A DNA stretch of 61,415 nt, filler included, from Choristocarpus tenellus KU-1152 (taxonomy: Eukaryota > Protista > Phaeophyceae), in assembly GCA_964200185.2 (NCBI GenBank). It is 9 parts of 9 records of this genome, joined end to end, with 100 filler letters (N's around TTAATTAATTAA, not from the genome) between each part and the next. Parts side by side here need not be neighbours in the genome. Positions count along the whole stretch, not along the records: positions 32,996 to 50,771 come from CAXNAD020000628.1; positions 50,872 to 54,069 come from CAXNAD020021609.1; positions 54,170 to 61,415 come from CAXNAD020006471.1; 6 more parts are not named here. One strand, 5' to 3'. The notes below the pieces were generated by a model. That model worked only from the letters and a program-made list of their open reading frames with translations, ran no database searches and was not told the origin of the DNA. Numbering within the stretch: position 1 is the first letter of the stretch; each line of letters starts with the position of its first letter. Position numbers and translations under genes: made by a program. Below are positions 50,216-61,415 of the stretch, one piece after another.

Positions 50216-50771
50216 ATATAGAGAGGTTAATATATTCGTATCGTATTATTAGCACAGGTTCACCCATCGTCTCCACATCACGCCGAAGGCTGCATCACCC
50301 AAGACAAACGGATGGAGATTGCACATCACTTCTCGATGAGCAGAATCTTCCAAGTCAAGACTTCTATAGAGTGAACTGCTGAACTCTCATATTACTTCAT
50401 GATGAGAGGAGATTGATCAAAATCTGTACGGCATATTTTCATTCCATAACTATACCATATAGTAGAGTAAAGAGCATCAAAGCTCTTTCGTACATCAGGG
50501 TCCTAGTAAATCGAAGGCAGAGGGTGAGAAATGATGGTGTTTACGAGAGGCTGGCGACTATGCAGGGAAAATGGTGAATGCGGTTGAAGGCAGAGACAGG
50601 AGGGACAAGTCAGGTGGTCCTCAAAACGTTCCTTTCACAGCAGGTGTATGCCGACCTTACTAATGCCTTCCTAGCATCAATATGCTTGTGCGAGGCTGCT
50701 TACTCCAATAAGTTTCAGTGTTAAGAATATGCTTTTTATTCATGTGTAAAATATGATTCTGTGGGAGAAAC

Positions 50772-50871
50772 NNNNNNNNNNNNNNNNNNNNNNNNNNNNN
50801 NNNNNNNNNNNNNNNTTAATTAATTAANNNNNNNNNNNNNNNNNNNNNNNNNNNNNNNNNNNNNNNNNNNN
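50772..50871. other. Artificial contig linker
   Basis: 44 N + TTAATTAATTAA + 44 N. Confidence 0.99.
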
Positions 50872-51846
50872 TTTTACGGCCCCCCCCCCCCGCGGACCCT
50901 CCCCTCCCCCCCTGCCGCCCCCTCTCTGTTGTTGTTGGGGGCGGGAGGGGGGGGGGGGGGGGGGGGGAATGAATAGCCGGTTTGGTTAATTGAATAGACC
51001 GAAATCTATGCACAGGAATATACATCTCCGGATAGGAGTGGGGCTCTAAGGAAAAGAAAAAGAAAAAACTGTCCAGATTCAAAATTGGTTAGGGAGGAAA
51101 ATGTCACAATGAAAATGTTATGCTTCTTGGACAGTATCAATGGAAGCAGAATGGACTCAAGTTCTTACTCAATGAAGACTCACATCATTTAAAATATAAT
51201 ACCAATGTGAGATGCACATGCGCTTGTGAAGGAATCTTATTTGGAGAACATTAGAAGCTCTAGGGCATGAAGAGAGACGTGCTGCATGAAAAGTGTTGAC
51301 CCCAAGCGATTTTTCTGTTAGTCAGATACCACCCTATGCCTAACACAGCCTAAATTTTTCGAGCACTTCACACCACACTGTGAAATACAGTAGTCCTTTG
51401 ACGTGATGAATAGTAAAAAGGATGACGAGTCAATTCTTTAGAAACTTCTCAGACTTTGAACGACCTTGCACAAAAACTCGTGTGCTATTGGAGTAGATTT
51501 GTTATGCTGCTAAAAAAGTCGAGGTTTGTGTTAGGGTCCAAGCAAGAATCCGGATACTTTCAAGCGTCTCATCTGGCTCCTGACTGGGGTTCATGGCGTT
51601 GATTGATACTTCCACTAAAACATGTACACATCAAGCTCAGTATTGCACTGTAATAGGAAGATGAATTATATGCCAGTGAGCTATGGTGTGTGGGTGATCA
51701 CATGTGCTAGCTTCTAAGACAATACACCGTTGACTATCCCACTTCAAGTCTGTTTCTTCCATCCTACATAACCCCAGCCCTACGCTGCCCTCCCCCTTCA
51801 CACTGCCCTCCCCCTTCCCCCGCCCATCTGGAACCTGGCGCTTCAG

Positions 51847-54067
51847 GTTCACCGCATCTTTTTTCGCATGCGTCGCCAGCATGACAAAGAACTGCAGGCC
51901 AGCATGAGAAGGATCATTGAAACAAGTGTTGCAGAGAACCCTGAGACAGATGTGATGGATTTTTCCAACTCTGAGGATAAAGAGGAGGTAGGTGCCTCTG
52001 ATAGTGAAATTGGAGACATATCTGGAGACCGACTCTTCAAAAATGAATGGAGCGAGTTCAGTAGTAAGTCCTTAAAACTCTAGATTATTGTAGAAATTTT
52101 TGGAGGGGCTTTGACAGTGACCCACTGGGCAATAAGTCAATTTCCGCAATTGCCACTGTTTGCTTGAAAGAAGACACTTCCCTCTATAGCAGATCTGCCC
52201 GAACTAACCAACTACGGGGTCTTCATGTTTCACTCCCCCACGCATTTGAACAATTTTAGGTTGTGTTGTGCACACTTGGAGATTGTCAAACTAGAGTCCT
52301 TCAATGGGGATATATTTGCTTTTAAAAAAAAGGGCGGAACCGCGGACAGTACGAGGGACGTTGAATGACACATTCAACGGACTTTTCCGTCGTTATTTTC
52401 ATCCCTGTCAACCAAACCGTCATTGCATTTCCAACGCTGTCACGGATTTAGAACCAGAATAATTCAGAATACACCATAGTGTATTCTGGACATGATTTGG
52501 GCCCATGCTCATCTCTTGAATTATGCCTCTACAACAGCCACATCCCTTCTTGCCACACTTTGGCCCCTTTGTGTTGGACAAAATGAAACATAACCACAAA
52601 ATGGAGATTTCAAAAGTTGTGTTATCATGGGATGTGTTTGTCAAGGCTTGTGCAGCAGAGCGAGAAAAAACACACATTAGTATTTTCTCGCTAATCCCTC
52701 CCAGAGTGGTATGGATCCTTTTGCGAGCGTCAAGATGTCCAGGACAATAAGCTCATGAATACCTTCCCTCTTCCTTTGCTACACCCACAGCATAAGGAAG
52801 GCATGCCAAAAGAAGAAAAAATGGTAGCTTGCAGATATAACTTACATCATGAGATTTGAGGACACTGAAGGCTCAGGTTCCTCTCCCTTCCGACATAGCA
52901 CACCATATAATTTTGTGGTATCTACCAGCAACAAGCCTTCCAAGTATTGCAACAAGAATAGCATCAACTTGTTGATTCTAGATGTCTGCAGATCCGCCTA
53001 GTACTGAGCCAAAGGCTATGTACCAGGTTGGGCAAAACAAGAGAGTTAAAGCAAGCAAGAGGTATCCACGGTTTCATTTTAAGGATGTTGACCGATATGT
53101 GCAAGTTAGGTATTTTGTACAAAAGCATGTAGTGAAATTTCTTAATTGTGTTGGAGTTCTTCTTGCAATAGACAAATCAACACACTCAAATCAATCTTAG
53201 TACTTCATCCAAAGAAATGCTAAGATATTAAAAAAATATATGGGTGAATCACAGAGGATATTTTAAAAAATGACATAAAATGCAAAAAGTCCAAAACCTG
53301 GGTACCTCTCGTTTACTTTGACGCACAGCCAACTCAAGAATACACACAGGAAAATGTGCAGATATGCATACAAGAAAATCTCTATACCTCTAGTACCTGT
53401 TTTCCTTGCATGCTTCTCCTTCACCTTCTCCTTCAAATCTTTATCATACCGCCATACTTCCTCTTTTTCACACCCTCACATACTTGCTACCCTTCTAAGG
53501 TCTACAACTCAGGACGGGCCATCCTTTATCGTGAGTTTGTCGAAGGCATGGTGCGCTTAGCCATAGCCATTCACACTCAGATAGGGGGGAGAGCAGCCTC
53601 CTCCCACCCACCCTCCTCCACCGCTTGTGACAACATATCAATTGTGAACACTGGCCGAGCCAACCCCACCCTCTCACCCCGACATCCTGGCACTGGCTCC
53701 AGCATTGGACCTGGTGCAAGTTCGCCAACCACCCCCACCCACAATATTAGACACAGTAGCAAATGCAATGGCAACGTTTACAGCCCCAGTCCATCTGCGA
53801 TCATGGGTTCAGCACCTGAGAATGGCAGCTACATGGCTGGTGGGGTCACACCGTCTTTGAGTGAGATCGTCAAGATGTTTGTATCCCAAAACCTTACAAG
53901 GGCGCTTGCCCTGGTAGGTGGGGCAGGTGCTGTGGCAGGGGGTAGGAGTGTGACCAAGGGTGGTATTGGTGACATGGGCTTGGGAAGAGGAAGGGGTGGC
54001 AAAGGGGGGGGTGGGGGGAAGCGAGAGGGTGAATCAGAGTTGTGCTCATCCAAGAAAGCCCTCAAAG
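51847..54067 (+). CDS. Internal exons of a protein-coding gene, tentatively RSPH10B-like (radial spoke). Exons 51847-52063, 52992-53026, 53500-~54067
   Basis: VHRIFFRMRRQHDKEL..FS N|PPSTEPKAMYQ|VYNSGRAILYREFVEGMVRLA.. with matching phases (1, 0). ILYREFVEG.VRLA recalls the RSPH10B-type C-terminal region, but the family call is weaker than the exon structure. Confidence 0.6.
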
Positions 54068-54069
54068 GT

Positions 54070-54169
54070 NNNNNNNNNNNNNNNNNNNNNNNNNNNNNNN
54101 NNNNNNNNNNNNNTTAATTAATTAANNNNNNNNNNNNNNNNNNNNNNNNNNNNNNNNNNNNNNNNNNNN
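54070..54169. other. Artificial contig linker
   Basis: 44 N + TTAATTAATTAA + 44 N. Confidence 0.99.
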
Positions 54170-54372
54170 TGTTGCGATTTTGATGTAATTTTGGCTATCG
54201 TGTTTGTTAGGAAGTGTCAATATCCTTGTTCCGAACACACCTTTCATAGCGTACACATTTTACCTACTCTGAAACATTTCGGAGTAGGTAAAATGTCGTA
54301 AATACCCTGTGGGAAGCCAAGCCCCAAACGGATAACAGGGCAAAACTCGTACCCTCTAGGTTCCTTTCACTC
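54170..54372 (+). mobile_element. MITE-like subfamily C, 5'-truncated copy
   Basis: Colinear with 27695-27916, including the CCTACTC..GAGTAGG hairpin and CAGGGCAAAACTCGTACCCTCTA. Confidence 0.82.
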
Positions 54373-54955
54373 GATCCTCCACCACAGTCATAACAGCTCA
54401 CCATCTCAAACTTGTACGCCTCCAAATTTATATGAGAACTAGGCCTCATTCAGATGGAGTTTTATCACGTGGGTTGTTCCTGGGCGAGAATTGACCTTGC
54501 AAAAGATGTATTAAATTTTGTTCGGAACGGAGAAGCAGATATTAGAGAAGAAGGAAAGCAATGGATTGGATGACACCCTCCCCTAGATAGGGTGGCTGGC
54601 GGCAACTTTCAGGAGAGGACCACTTTACCACCATGTACCACCACCAATATCTGTACCTGTCACATTCAGCATAGTCTTTCTTATGAAGAGTTTTGACGAC
54701 CACTTGTTTCCACCATTTTTAGAGGTATAATCTCACAGACCACCACACATCTGCTGCTTGGTGACTACCTAAGTTAGCTACTATTGATCATTGCCACGCC
54801 TGCGTCACATGACAGGAAGATGGGCGATCTCTTCATTTTTCCATAATTCCACCTATTGGGTAGAAGAATAATTGCATTTATCAATAGTAATAATGGGTCT
54901 TTACAAATCGGAGTGATTTGATATTTGATACGATATTTGTGAAAAATATTTATTG

Positions 54956-55124
54956 GGGTCAAAGTATCTGGGGGGGGGCGTCCATTTTTCACTCTTTTTT
55001 CGATTTTCACTTTTTTGGTGTGATTTGGTCGCACGTGTCGGATTTGAAATGTCAGCAAAAAAAAGTTTGACCGAAACGGACGCCCCATCACAAACCACCC
55101 CCCCCACCCCAGATACTTTGAGTC
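54956..55124 (+). mobile_element. MITE-like element, subfamily B, complete
   Basis: TIRs GGGTCAAAGTATCTGGGG / CCCCAGATACTTTGAGTC; inner inverted repeat GGGGCGTCC/GGACGCCCC; ATTG flanks both sides (possible 4-bp TSD). Confidence 0.82.
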
Positions 55125-55704
55125 ATTGATATGATATTATGTGATACTCTCAGCGAAATGAGAGGATTTTTTGGCACTTCTTGAACCTTTTGACATTGTG
55201 ATATTATTTTCTACTGCAGGGGAACTATGGGGGCTAAGAATCTAACAACTTGTTGATGGAATGAATGAGTAACTTCAAGGTTCTTTCGCTTAGTTGTTGT
55301 TGAAACCTTGGGTTGAATGAATCGTGCTCTTTTGTACAGTGATAGGTCATTTGGAGTGAAGGGGTGTCATAGTGCAGTAAAGCGCTGATGAATTCATGTT
55401 GATGAACCTTATGTCGTGCTCTACACAGTCCCAGGCTGAATGGTACAGTGTAATAAGGTATTCCTTGGTGCATTCAAAGGAAGACATACATTCTCTGTGT
55501 GGATGTTTTAACTCTGAACATATATCATCTAGTTGTGCATCTGGTACAATTTGTGCAGAGTGAGTTCGGTGTCTGTGTGGGGTAAAGCCAACCAAAGAAA
55601 AAGAAGAAATATTGTATGAGATACTATTGGTGGTTCTTGCTGTGAAGAAAAAAAGAAACGAACTTGAATCAATATCTAAGACAACTCGTGTGGCAATACT
55701 CTAC

Positions 55705-55812
55705 TTGTACTCCTAAACATTTTGGAGTAGGAAATTGTAAAAAAAAAACATGGGATCCAAGTCTCAAATGGACAAACAGGGCAAAACTCGCACCCTCTAA
55801 GTTATTTCATTC
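55705..55812 (+). mobile_element. MITE-like subfamily C, partial copy
   Basis: TACTCC..GGAGTAGG hairpin and CAAATGGACAAACAGGGCAAAACTCG.ACCCTCTAAG. Confidence 0.75.
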
Positions 55813-56644
55813 TATATGAGAATCATCAGGCACTATGAATTGGTAATACTGTCTAGTATCAACAACATAAAATATAAGTAGCCTATGTTTCAACAAGTGT
55901 AACTAGCAAAAATTCGCAGTCAGTACAATGTAAGTATAAGTCTGCCAGCCATATATCAGGTGAACGAAAAAGTTGCTGCAACCACTGTTTGACTCAGTGA
56001 TGCTGTGGTGTGGATATATAGACAGGCTTGCCTTTGAGAGGGTTGAAAAACATAGACACTTCTTCTGTGGGTCAATATTTCTGCTATTCATAATAGTTCT
56101 GCCTAAAATCATTGCGGATGAGGGTCAAGACAGCACGCCAGACAATGTGAATGAGTACAAAAGCAAAGGCAACAACAACAAAGAGAGAATGATCTAGAAG
56201 AAGGTGACGCGGGTAACAACAAGGAAGTCGATGGTATAGTTGAGGCATTTGGTTCTGAAATTTGCCGCCAACACCAAAGGAAGGTCACGACTATATAACT
56301 TCCCTCACACGGATCTCAGCAGGCATTGCTGAGGGCTAAGTACCTTGTAGAGAAATTCGACCTCCAAATGGGAAAAATACCTCCCCTAATGATACTAGCG
56401 ATCAGCAGTTCAGTATGACAAAGCTGCTCAACAAGGTAACCAAGACGTCATGGCAGCAGGGTGATGGCGTGCCCTACTGCAGAGGTGAAGGCAGGGAAAG
56501 TGCCTACAAGAGGGCACGGTTAGAGACGAATAAAACTACAGGGACAACCGCAATAATACACTAACTGGAAATATACTTACTGTGGTGGGCGACCAGTGGA
56601 TGCGGACATGGTGGAAGAGCATGGCAGTTGCTGCACAAATCTCA

Positions 56645-56780
56645 CCATTAGTATCTTATGGGTTTGGGGAAGATGAAATGGTCAAACAAGATTTTTGAAT
56701 CCATCCGAGTGATGCGTAACTAATAGTTACGCAAAATACTTCAAAATATTGCCGCTCAAGTCACCATTGATATCTTATCC
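56645..56780 (-). repeat. Inverted monomer of the ~120-bp satellite
   Basis: Reverse complement reads GGTGACTTGAGCGGCAATATTTTGAAGTATTTTGCGTAACTATTAGTTAC..TTGACC.TTTCA. Confidence 0.85.
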
Positions 56781-56785
56781 GAAAC

Positions 56786-58297
56786 TGTGCAAATTACCTT
56801 GGGAGGTAATGTTATTTGTTAGTAGTGAAGATAAGAAGGTGTGAAGCCTCACACGAACCCCTTTGCTGAACGTGATTACATGGTTGAAATTAGAAGAGTG
56901 ACCTTTGTAGGGTGTCTTCTCATTGCTTGTTTTGTTATTATTTGTGTCTCATACATAAGTCCATGGTTATGTCAAAGTAGTTGAATGCAGAATAAAAACC
57001 CATACATATTACCATATATAATGCGGATGTACTATCTCATTAGTTACATCACATGGTCTCAATTCAACACAATAATCTCATATACACGAAATAAGGTACA
57101 CCTCACTATTGTCCTATTTTGCACACTCCCCCATGAGAGTGAGGGCAATGAAAAAGTTGCTGGAACTCTCAAACCTAGAACATCTTATTGTGTACACTCC
57201 CCATTCTGCACACTTGCCCTGAAAATGGAAGTAAAAGACGTCAGATTGGTTCAATTCTCACACACATCACATTTATCTTGTCGACGCAATAAAAGAACAT
57301 TAATTTCTTGAACTCAAACATACGTCATTCATCTAGTCAACACAATGTCTACGAAGTCTTGTACTTGCTTCTTTAGATGCACCAACACAGTGATGTACAA
57401 TCGTGTCCCATGATATAGGCTCAGGCTCAGGCTCAGGCTCAGGATTGCAGCTCCGGCTGCATTGCCTCGATTAACTCCGTCATCTTGTTCCAGGGTCCCA
57501 CTGCTATCGATCGTACCATATCTCATGTCTCCTTAGCCTCCAACTTCCATTTGTGATGGTGATTTACGATGGTGATGCTATTGCCCGTTTCAGCTTCCTG
57601 TAGCTTATATCGGGTCTTGTGATGAGCTGCACAGGGATCTCGTCCTCCACACGTCCTCTGTTGAACTGCACGGGGATCTAGTCCTCCGCGCATCCTTCGT
57701 TGATTCCTCTCTTTCGTAGTTTCCGTGCGATATTCGTTCCTGTTCCGTTAGTGTCTCCGTGAGCTCAGGACGAAGTATTTTCGCCGCACAATGTCTTATA
57801 GACCCTTCCGCTGGCATAAACCATCAGATATAATCTCCATGTTGTCCAAGTCTTCACTGATCATGCTGGTGCTCCAGTCCAGTTGGGCAAATTCTTCATG
57901 TCGTTCGGGCCCATCACCTGCTCCTTTTCTCCATACTACTTAGGCTCATAACCTGTGCAAATTACCTTGGGAGGTAATGTTATTTGTTAGTAGTGAAGAT
58001 AAGAAGGTGTGAAGCCTCACACGAACGAACCCCTTTGCTGAACGTGATTACATGGTTGAAATTAGAAGAGTGACATTTGTAGGGTATCTTCTCATTGCTT
58101 GTTTTGTTATTATTTGTGTCTCATACATAAGTCCATGGTTATGTCAAAGTAGTTGAATGCAGAATAAAAACCCATACATATTGCCATATATAATCCGGAC
58201 GTACTATCTCATTAGTTACATCACATGGTCTCAATTCAACACAATAATCTCATATACACAAAATAAGGTACACCTCACTATTGTCCTATTTTGCACA
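56786..58297 (-). mobile_element. Complete non-autonomous Copia-derived LTR element (~1.5 kb)
   Basis: LTRs 57954-58297 (5') and 56786-57125 (3') with TGTGCAAA..TTTGCACA ends; 5-bp TSD GAAAC (56781-56785, 58298-58302); PBS GGTTATGAGCC (57953-57943); PPT GGGGGAG (57132-57126); decayed gag start MKNLPNWTG..KTWTTWRLYLMVYA; no intact pol. Confidence 0.95.
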
Positions 58298-58694
58298 GAA
58301 ACCTCTAACTTCTTCGTCTTGGATGGATCCATAACTGTTGTTACATTGTTTTACACCAAATTAGGTGCCCCATATCTGTAAGATATACTGGGCCAAATCA
58401 ATTGAGAGGTAGGCATCGTTACATTTTAAGGATCTCCAGAAAGGGCAAAAATATGTCTTTTTATATAAGTGCAGAAAGAGTGTTTGCTTGAGTGTGATGT
58501 TACTTGGTGTGTGAAAGGAGGAATATCAATTTTGCATACACTATTATGCACACAAATCAATGAAATAGAATGTATTGCACAGGGTAGAAAATGTTGCTTA
58601 GAATGCAAAAGGGTCCAAACCTGCCTTCCTCTCGATTGGTTTAGCTCACTAAGGAAGTCTTGAGCAACAACATTTTGAAGTATTTGCACAAATG

Positions 58695-59127
58695 TGTTAC
58701 AGCACGCTCCAGAACTTACCTCCACAGGATGTGTAGCTCTAATCCAACGACCTTTAAACGACGCTACTGGGGTATCTCCACAGTTGATAGCCACTTGCGG
58801 GTGTCAGTCACTCTTCTCTCGATGTTTCACTCAGTACTTAGGTTGATGCTTGACTTCATGTTTTATTCGAGAAATAAATAGTGAGCAAGAAATACGATGA
58901 CTGGCTCTCAAAGTAATCTTATTTTAGCGTCATCCACCCGATTTCTACAGAATACAGGTCGAAAGGTATATGCCAGCTGTTGTATACGTACTCAAATTAC
59001 AATATTTCCTTCAACTTCTAAGAAATCGGCATTTATTCTGTAAGGTCACCTATGTGCTACGAATCTCATATACTGCTGGCGCTTGCTAGAACACGAGAAG
59101 AAATACTCGCGCTATTCGCCTGTAACA
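58695..59127. mobile_element. Solo LTR of a second family inserted within a satellite monomer
   Basis: TGTTACAG..CTGTAACA terminal inverted repeat; right part homologous to 9740-9950; the satellite monomer resumes on both sides. The TSD is only imperfect (AAATG/AGGTG). Confidence 0.7.
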
Positions 59128-59660
59128 AGGTGTCTCAAACATCGCTTGGATGAATCCGAAACTGTTCTTTGACCGTTTTACCTTTTCCATATGCATATGA
59201 TATCAACGGTGACTTAAGCGGCAGCATCTAGAAGTATTTTACATAACAATCAGTTGTACATCACTTGGATGGATTCCACACTGTTTGACCGTTTCACCTT
59301 CCCCAATCTATGAGATACAAATGATGACTTGAGCAGCGACATATTATGATGTTTTATATAAGTATCAGTTACACTTAGCTTGAGGGATCGAAAACTGGTG
59401 TTCGACAGATTTACCCGCTCACTAACTGCCCAATCCATTAGATCACGTTAGAGACTTGAGCAGCAACATTTTGAATTAGTTTGCGTAACTATCAGTTACA
59501 CATCGTTTGGATGGATTCCAAATGACATTAGACTGTTTCACCTTCCACATTTCCCTAAGATGCCAATGGTGACTCGCTTAGCAATATATTATATGGTGTG
59601 TTGCTTAAGTATGAGTTACGTATCGGTTGGATGGATCCAAAAACTGTTTTCAAACATTTT

Positions 59661-59919
59661 GAGTGAAATTATCTTAGAGGGTACGAGTTTTGCCCTGTTT
59701 GTCAGTTTGGGGCTTGGCTTCCCATGTGTTTTTTTTATGACATTTCCCTACTCCAAAATATTTCGGAGTAGGTAAAATGTATACGTTATGGAAAGGTGTG
59801 TCCAGAAGAAGGATATTGACAGTTCCTAACAAACGTCATGCCCAAAAATACATCGAAATCACACCATTGGATTTTGGCCCCCAAATGGACGTGGCTCTAC
59901 CCTCTAAGATACTTTGGCT
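59661..59919 (-). mobile_element. MITE-like subfamily C, complete copy inside the satellite
   Basis: Reverse complement of 27638-27916; TIRs ATCTTAGAGGGTA / TACCCTCTAAGAT. Confidence 0.88.
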
Positions 59920-61261
59920 TTTTTTACCAGGCCAACAGCTGCCCCAAATCCGTAAGACACGAAAGGTGACTTGAGCGGCAGCAGTTTAAAGTATTTTTTA
60001 GCAAGTATCAGGTACACATCGCTTAGATGCATCCAAAATTATTATTGGGCCTTTTCACCTGTGAGCGTCAACATAAGCATCATTTTAACATAACTTGGAT
60101 GGACGCTAAACTGTTGTTTGACCGTCTTAACTTTCATATATCCATAAGATACTAATGGTTACTCAAGCAGCAACAGTAAAATATTTTGCACGAGTATCAG
60201 TTAGACATCACTTGGATAGATCCAAAACTGTTGTTTGAAGTTTGATCGTTTCACCTTCCCACTACCCGTAAGATATCATTGGCGACTTGGGCAGCAACAT
60301 TTTGAAGCATTTTGCTGAAGTATCAGTTACACATCGCCTGTATGGAACAGAAACTGTAGTTTCACCATTTCGTCTCCACTGTTTCAACCTTCCCCTTAAC
60401 AACAGGATCTCACTATTGACTTGAGCGACAACATAACTATCAGTTCCACATTGCTTACATGTATCCCAAAATGGTGCTTGACCGTTCCACCTTTACTGTA
60501 TCAATACAATACTAATGTTGACTCGAATGGCATCTTTTCGAAGCATTTTGCGTAAGTTTCGGTTACATATCGCCTGGATGCGTCAAAAACTGTGTTTTGA
60601 TCTTTACATCTGCTCCATATATCCATAAGATTATAATGGTGACTTGAGCACCAACAGAAGTATCAGTTGTGCATCTGTTGGACTGGTTTAAAAACCGTTG
60701 TTTGACCGTTTCACCTTTTCCATATCGACGAGATACAATGGCGACCTGAGTGGAAACATTTAAAGGTATTTTGCATATCTATCGGTAACGTATTGCTTGG
60801 ATGGATCCAAAACCGTTGATTGACCGTTTTGCCCACCCAATAACTGCCCCATTCCACAAAATATGAATACTACTGGTGACTTAGCGGCAATATTTGAAAG
60901 AATTTCCCATAACTATCAGTCACACGCTTTGATGAATCCAAACTTTGTTTGAAAATTACTTATATCCACAAAATACGAATGGTGACTTGAGCGGCAACAT
61001 TTTGAAGTATTTTGCAAAAGTATCAGTTACACATTGGTTACATGGATCCAAAACTGTCATTTGACCGTTTTACTCACCCAATAACTGCCCTACATCGAAA
61101 AATACTAATGGTCACTTGAGCAGCAACATTATAAAGTACTTTGCGCAACTATCAGTTACACATCGATTGGATGATTCATAAACTGCTGTTTGACCGTTTC
61201 ACCTTCCACATGCCCATAAGATGATATAGGTGACTCCAGACACAACATCTAGGAGTGTTTT

Positions 61262-61415
61262 GGCTCAAAATATCTGGGGGGGTGGCGGCTGTCCATTTGG
61301 GGGCAACTTTTTCATGTCGCGAGTTTTGGGTAATTTGGTTACATAAGTCGGATGGATAATGAAAGTGCACTTTTCCTGGTTTTGGCCCAAATGGACACCC
61401 CGGTGTAGACCCCCC
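61262..61415 (-). mobile_element. MITE-like element, subfamily A
   Basis: Reverse complement of 12537-12687; GGCTCAAAATATCTGGGGGGG terminus. Confidence 0.82.

Larger units (their letters stand above)
58658..61240 (+). repeat. Diverged ~120-bp tandem satellite (roughly 16-18 monomers) interrupted by a solo LTR and a MITE
   Basis: Approximate consensus GGTGACTTGAGCRGCAACATTTTGAAGTATTTTGCGTAACTATCAGTTACACATCGCTTGGATGGATCCAAAACTGTTGTTTGACCGTTTCACCTTCCCCATATCCATAAGATACTAAT. Confidence 0.92.

Noticed and set aside
58658-61240. CRISPR-like array or LRR-coding repeat (DLSGNILK in one frame)
   Set aside because: Monomers are homologous over their full length with no unique spacers, there are no cas genes, and stops and indels break the frames.

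Overview
This is eukaryotic nuclear DNA, most consistent with a stramenopile and probably a brown alga (long spliceosomal introns, Ectocarpus-type RTE and RLE LINE remnants, TTAGGG repeats). It is not one locus: eight artificial 100-bp linkers (44 N + TTAATTAATTAA + 44 N) join nine contigs (1-4015, 4116-9104, 9205-12399, 12500-15289, 15390-26121, 26222-32895, 32996-50771, 50872-54069, 54170-61415). I rebuilt seven intron-containing gene models by hand with consistent splice phases: 5' part of a PRP39-like HAT protein, 3' part of a NEPRO/RMP1-like protein, 3' end of UBC13/UBE2N, an MFSD6-like transporter disabled by a frameshift and an in-frame TAG, 5' part of a RAP/OPR-like RNA-binding protein (with a GC-AG intron), a complete Yippee-like gene whose first intron appears to need a non-canonical GA donor, and internal exons of a tentative RSPH10B-like gene. 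The rest is transposon-rich: a complete 1.5-kb non-autonomous Copia derivative (TSD, half-tRNA PBS, PPT) with relatives, a DD39D-type mariner with a Stowaway-type TIR, a Tc1 remnant, Penelope-like remnants (one next to telomeric repeats), LINE fragments, three MITE-like subfamilies sharing an AAAGTATCT terminal core, a tRNA-derived fragment, minisatellites and a ~120-bp satellite. No CRISPR array, rRNA or prokaryotic operon is supported. Family assignments come from motif recognition by eye, not database searches.
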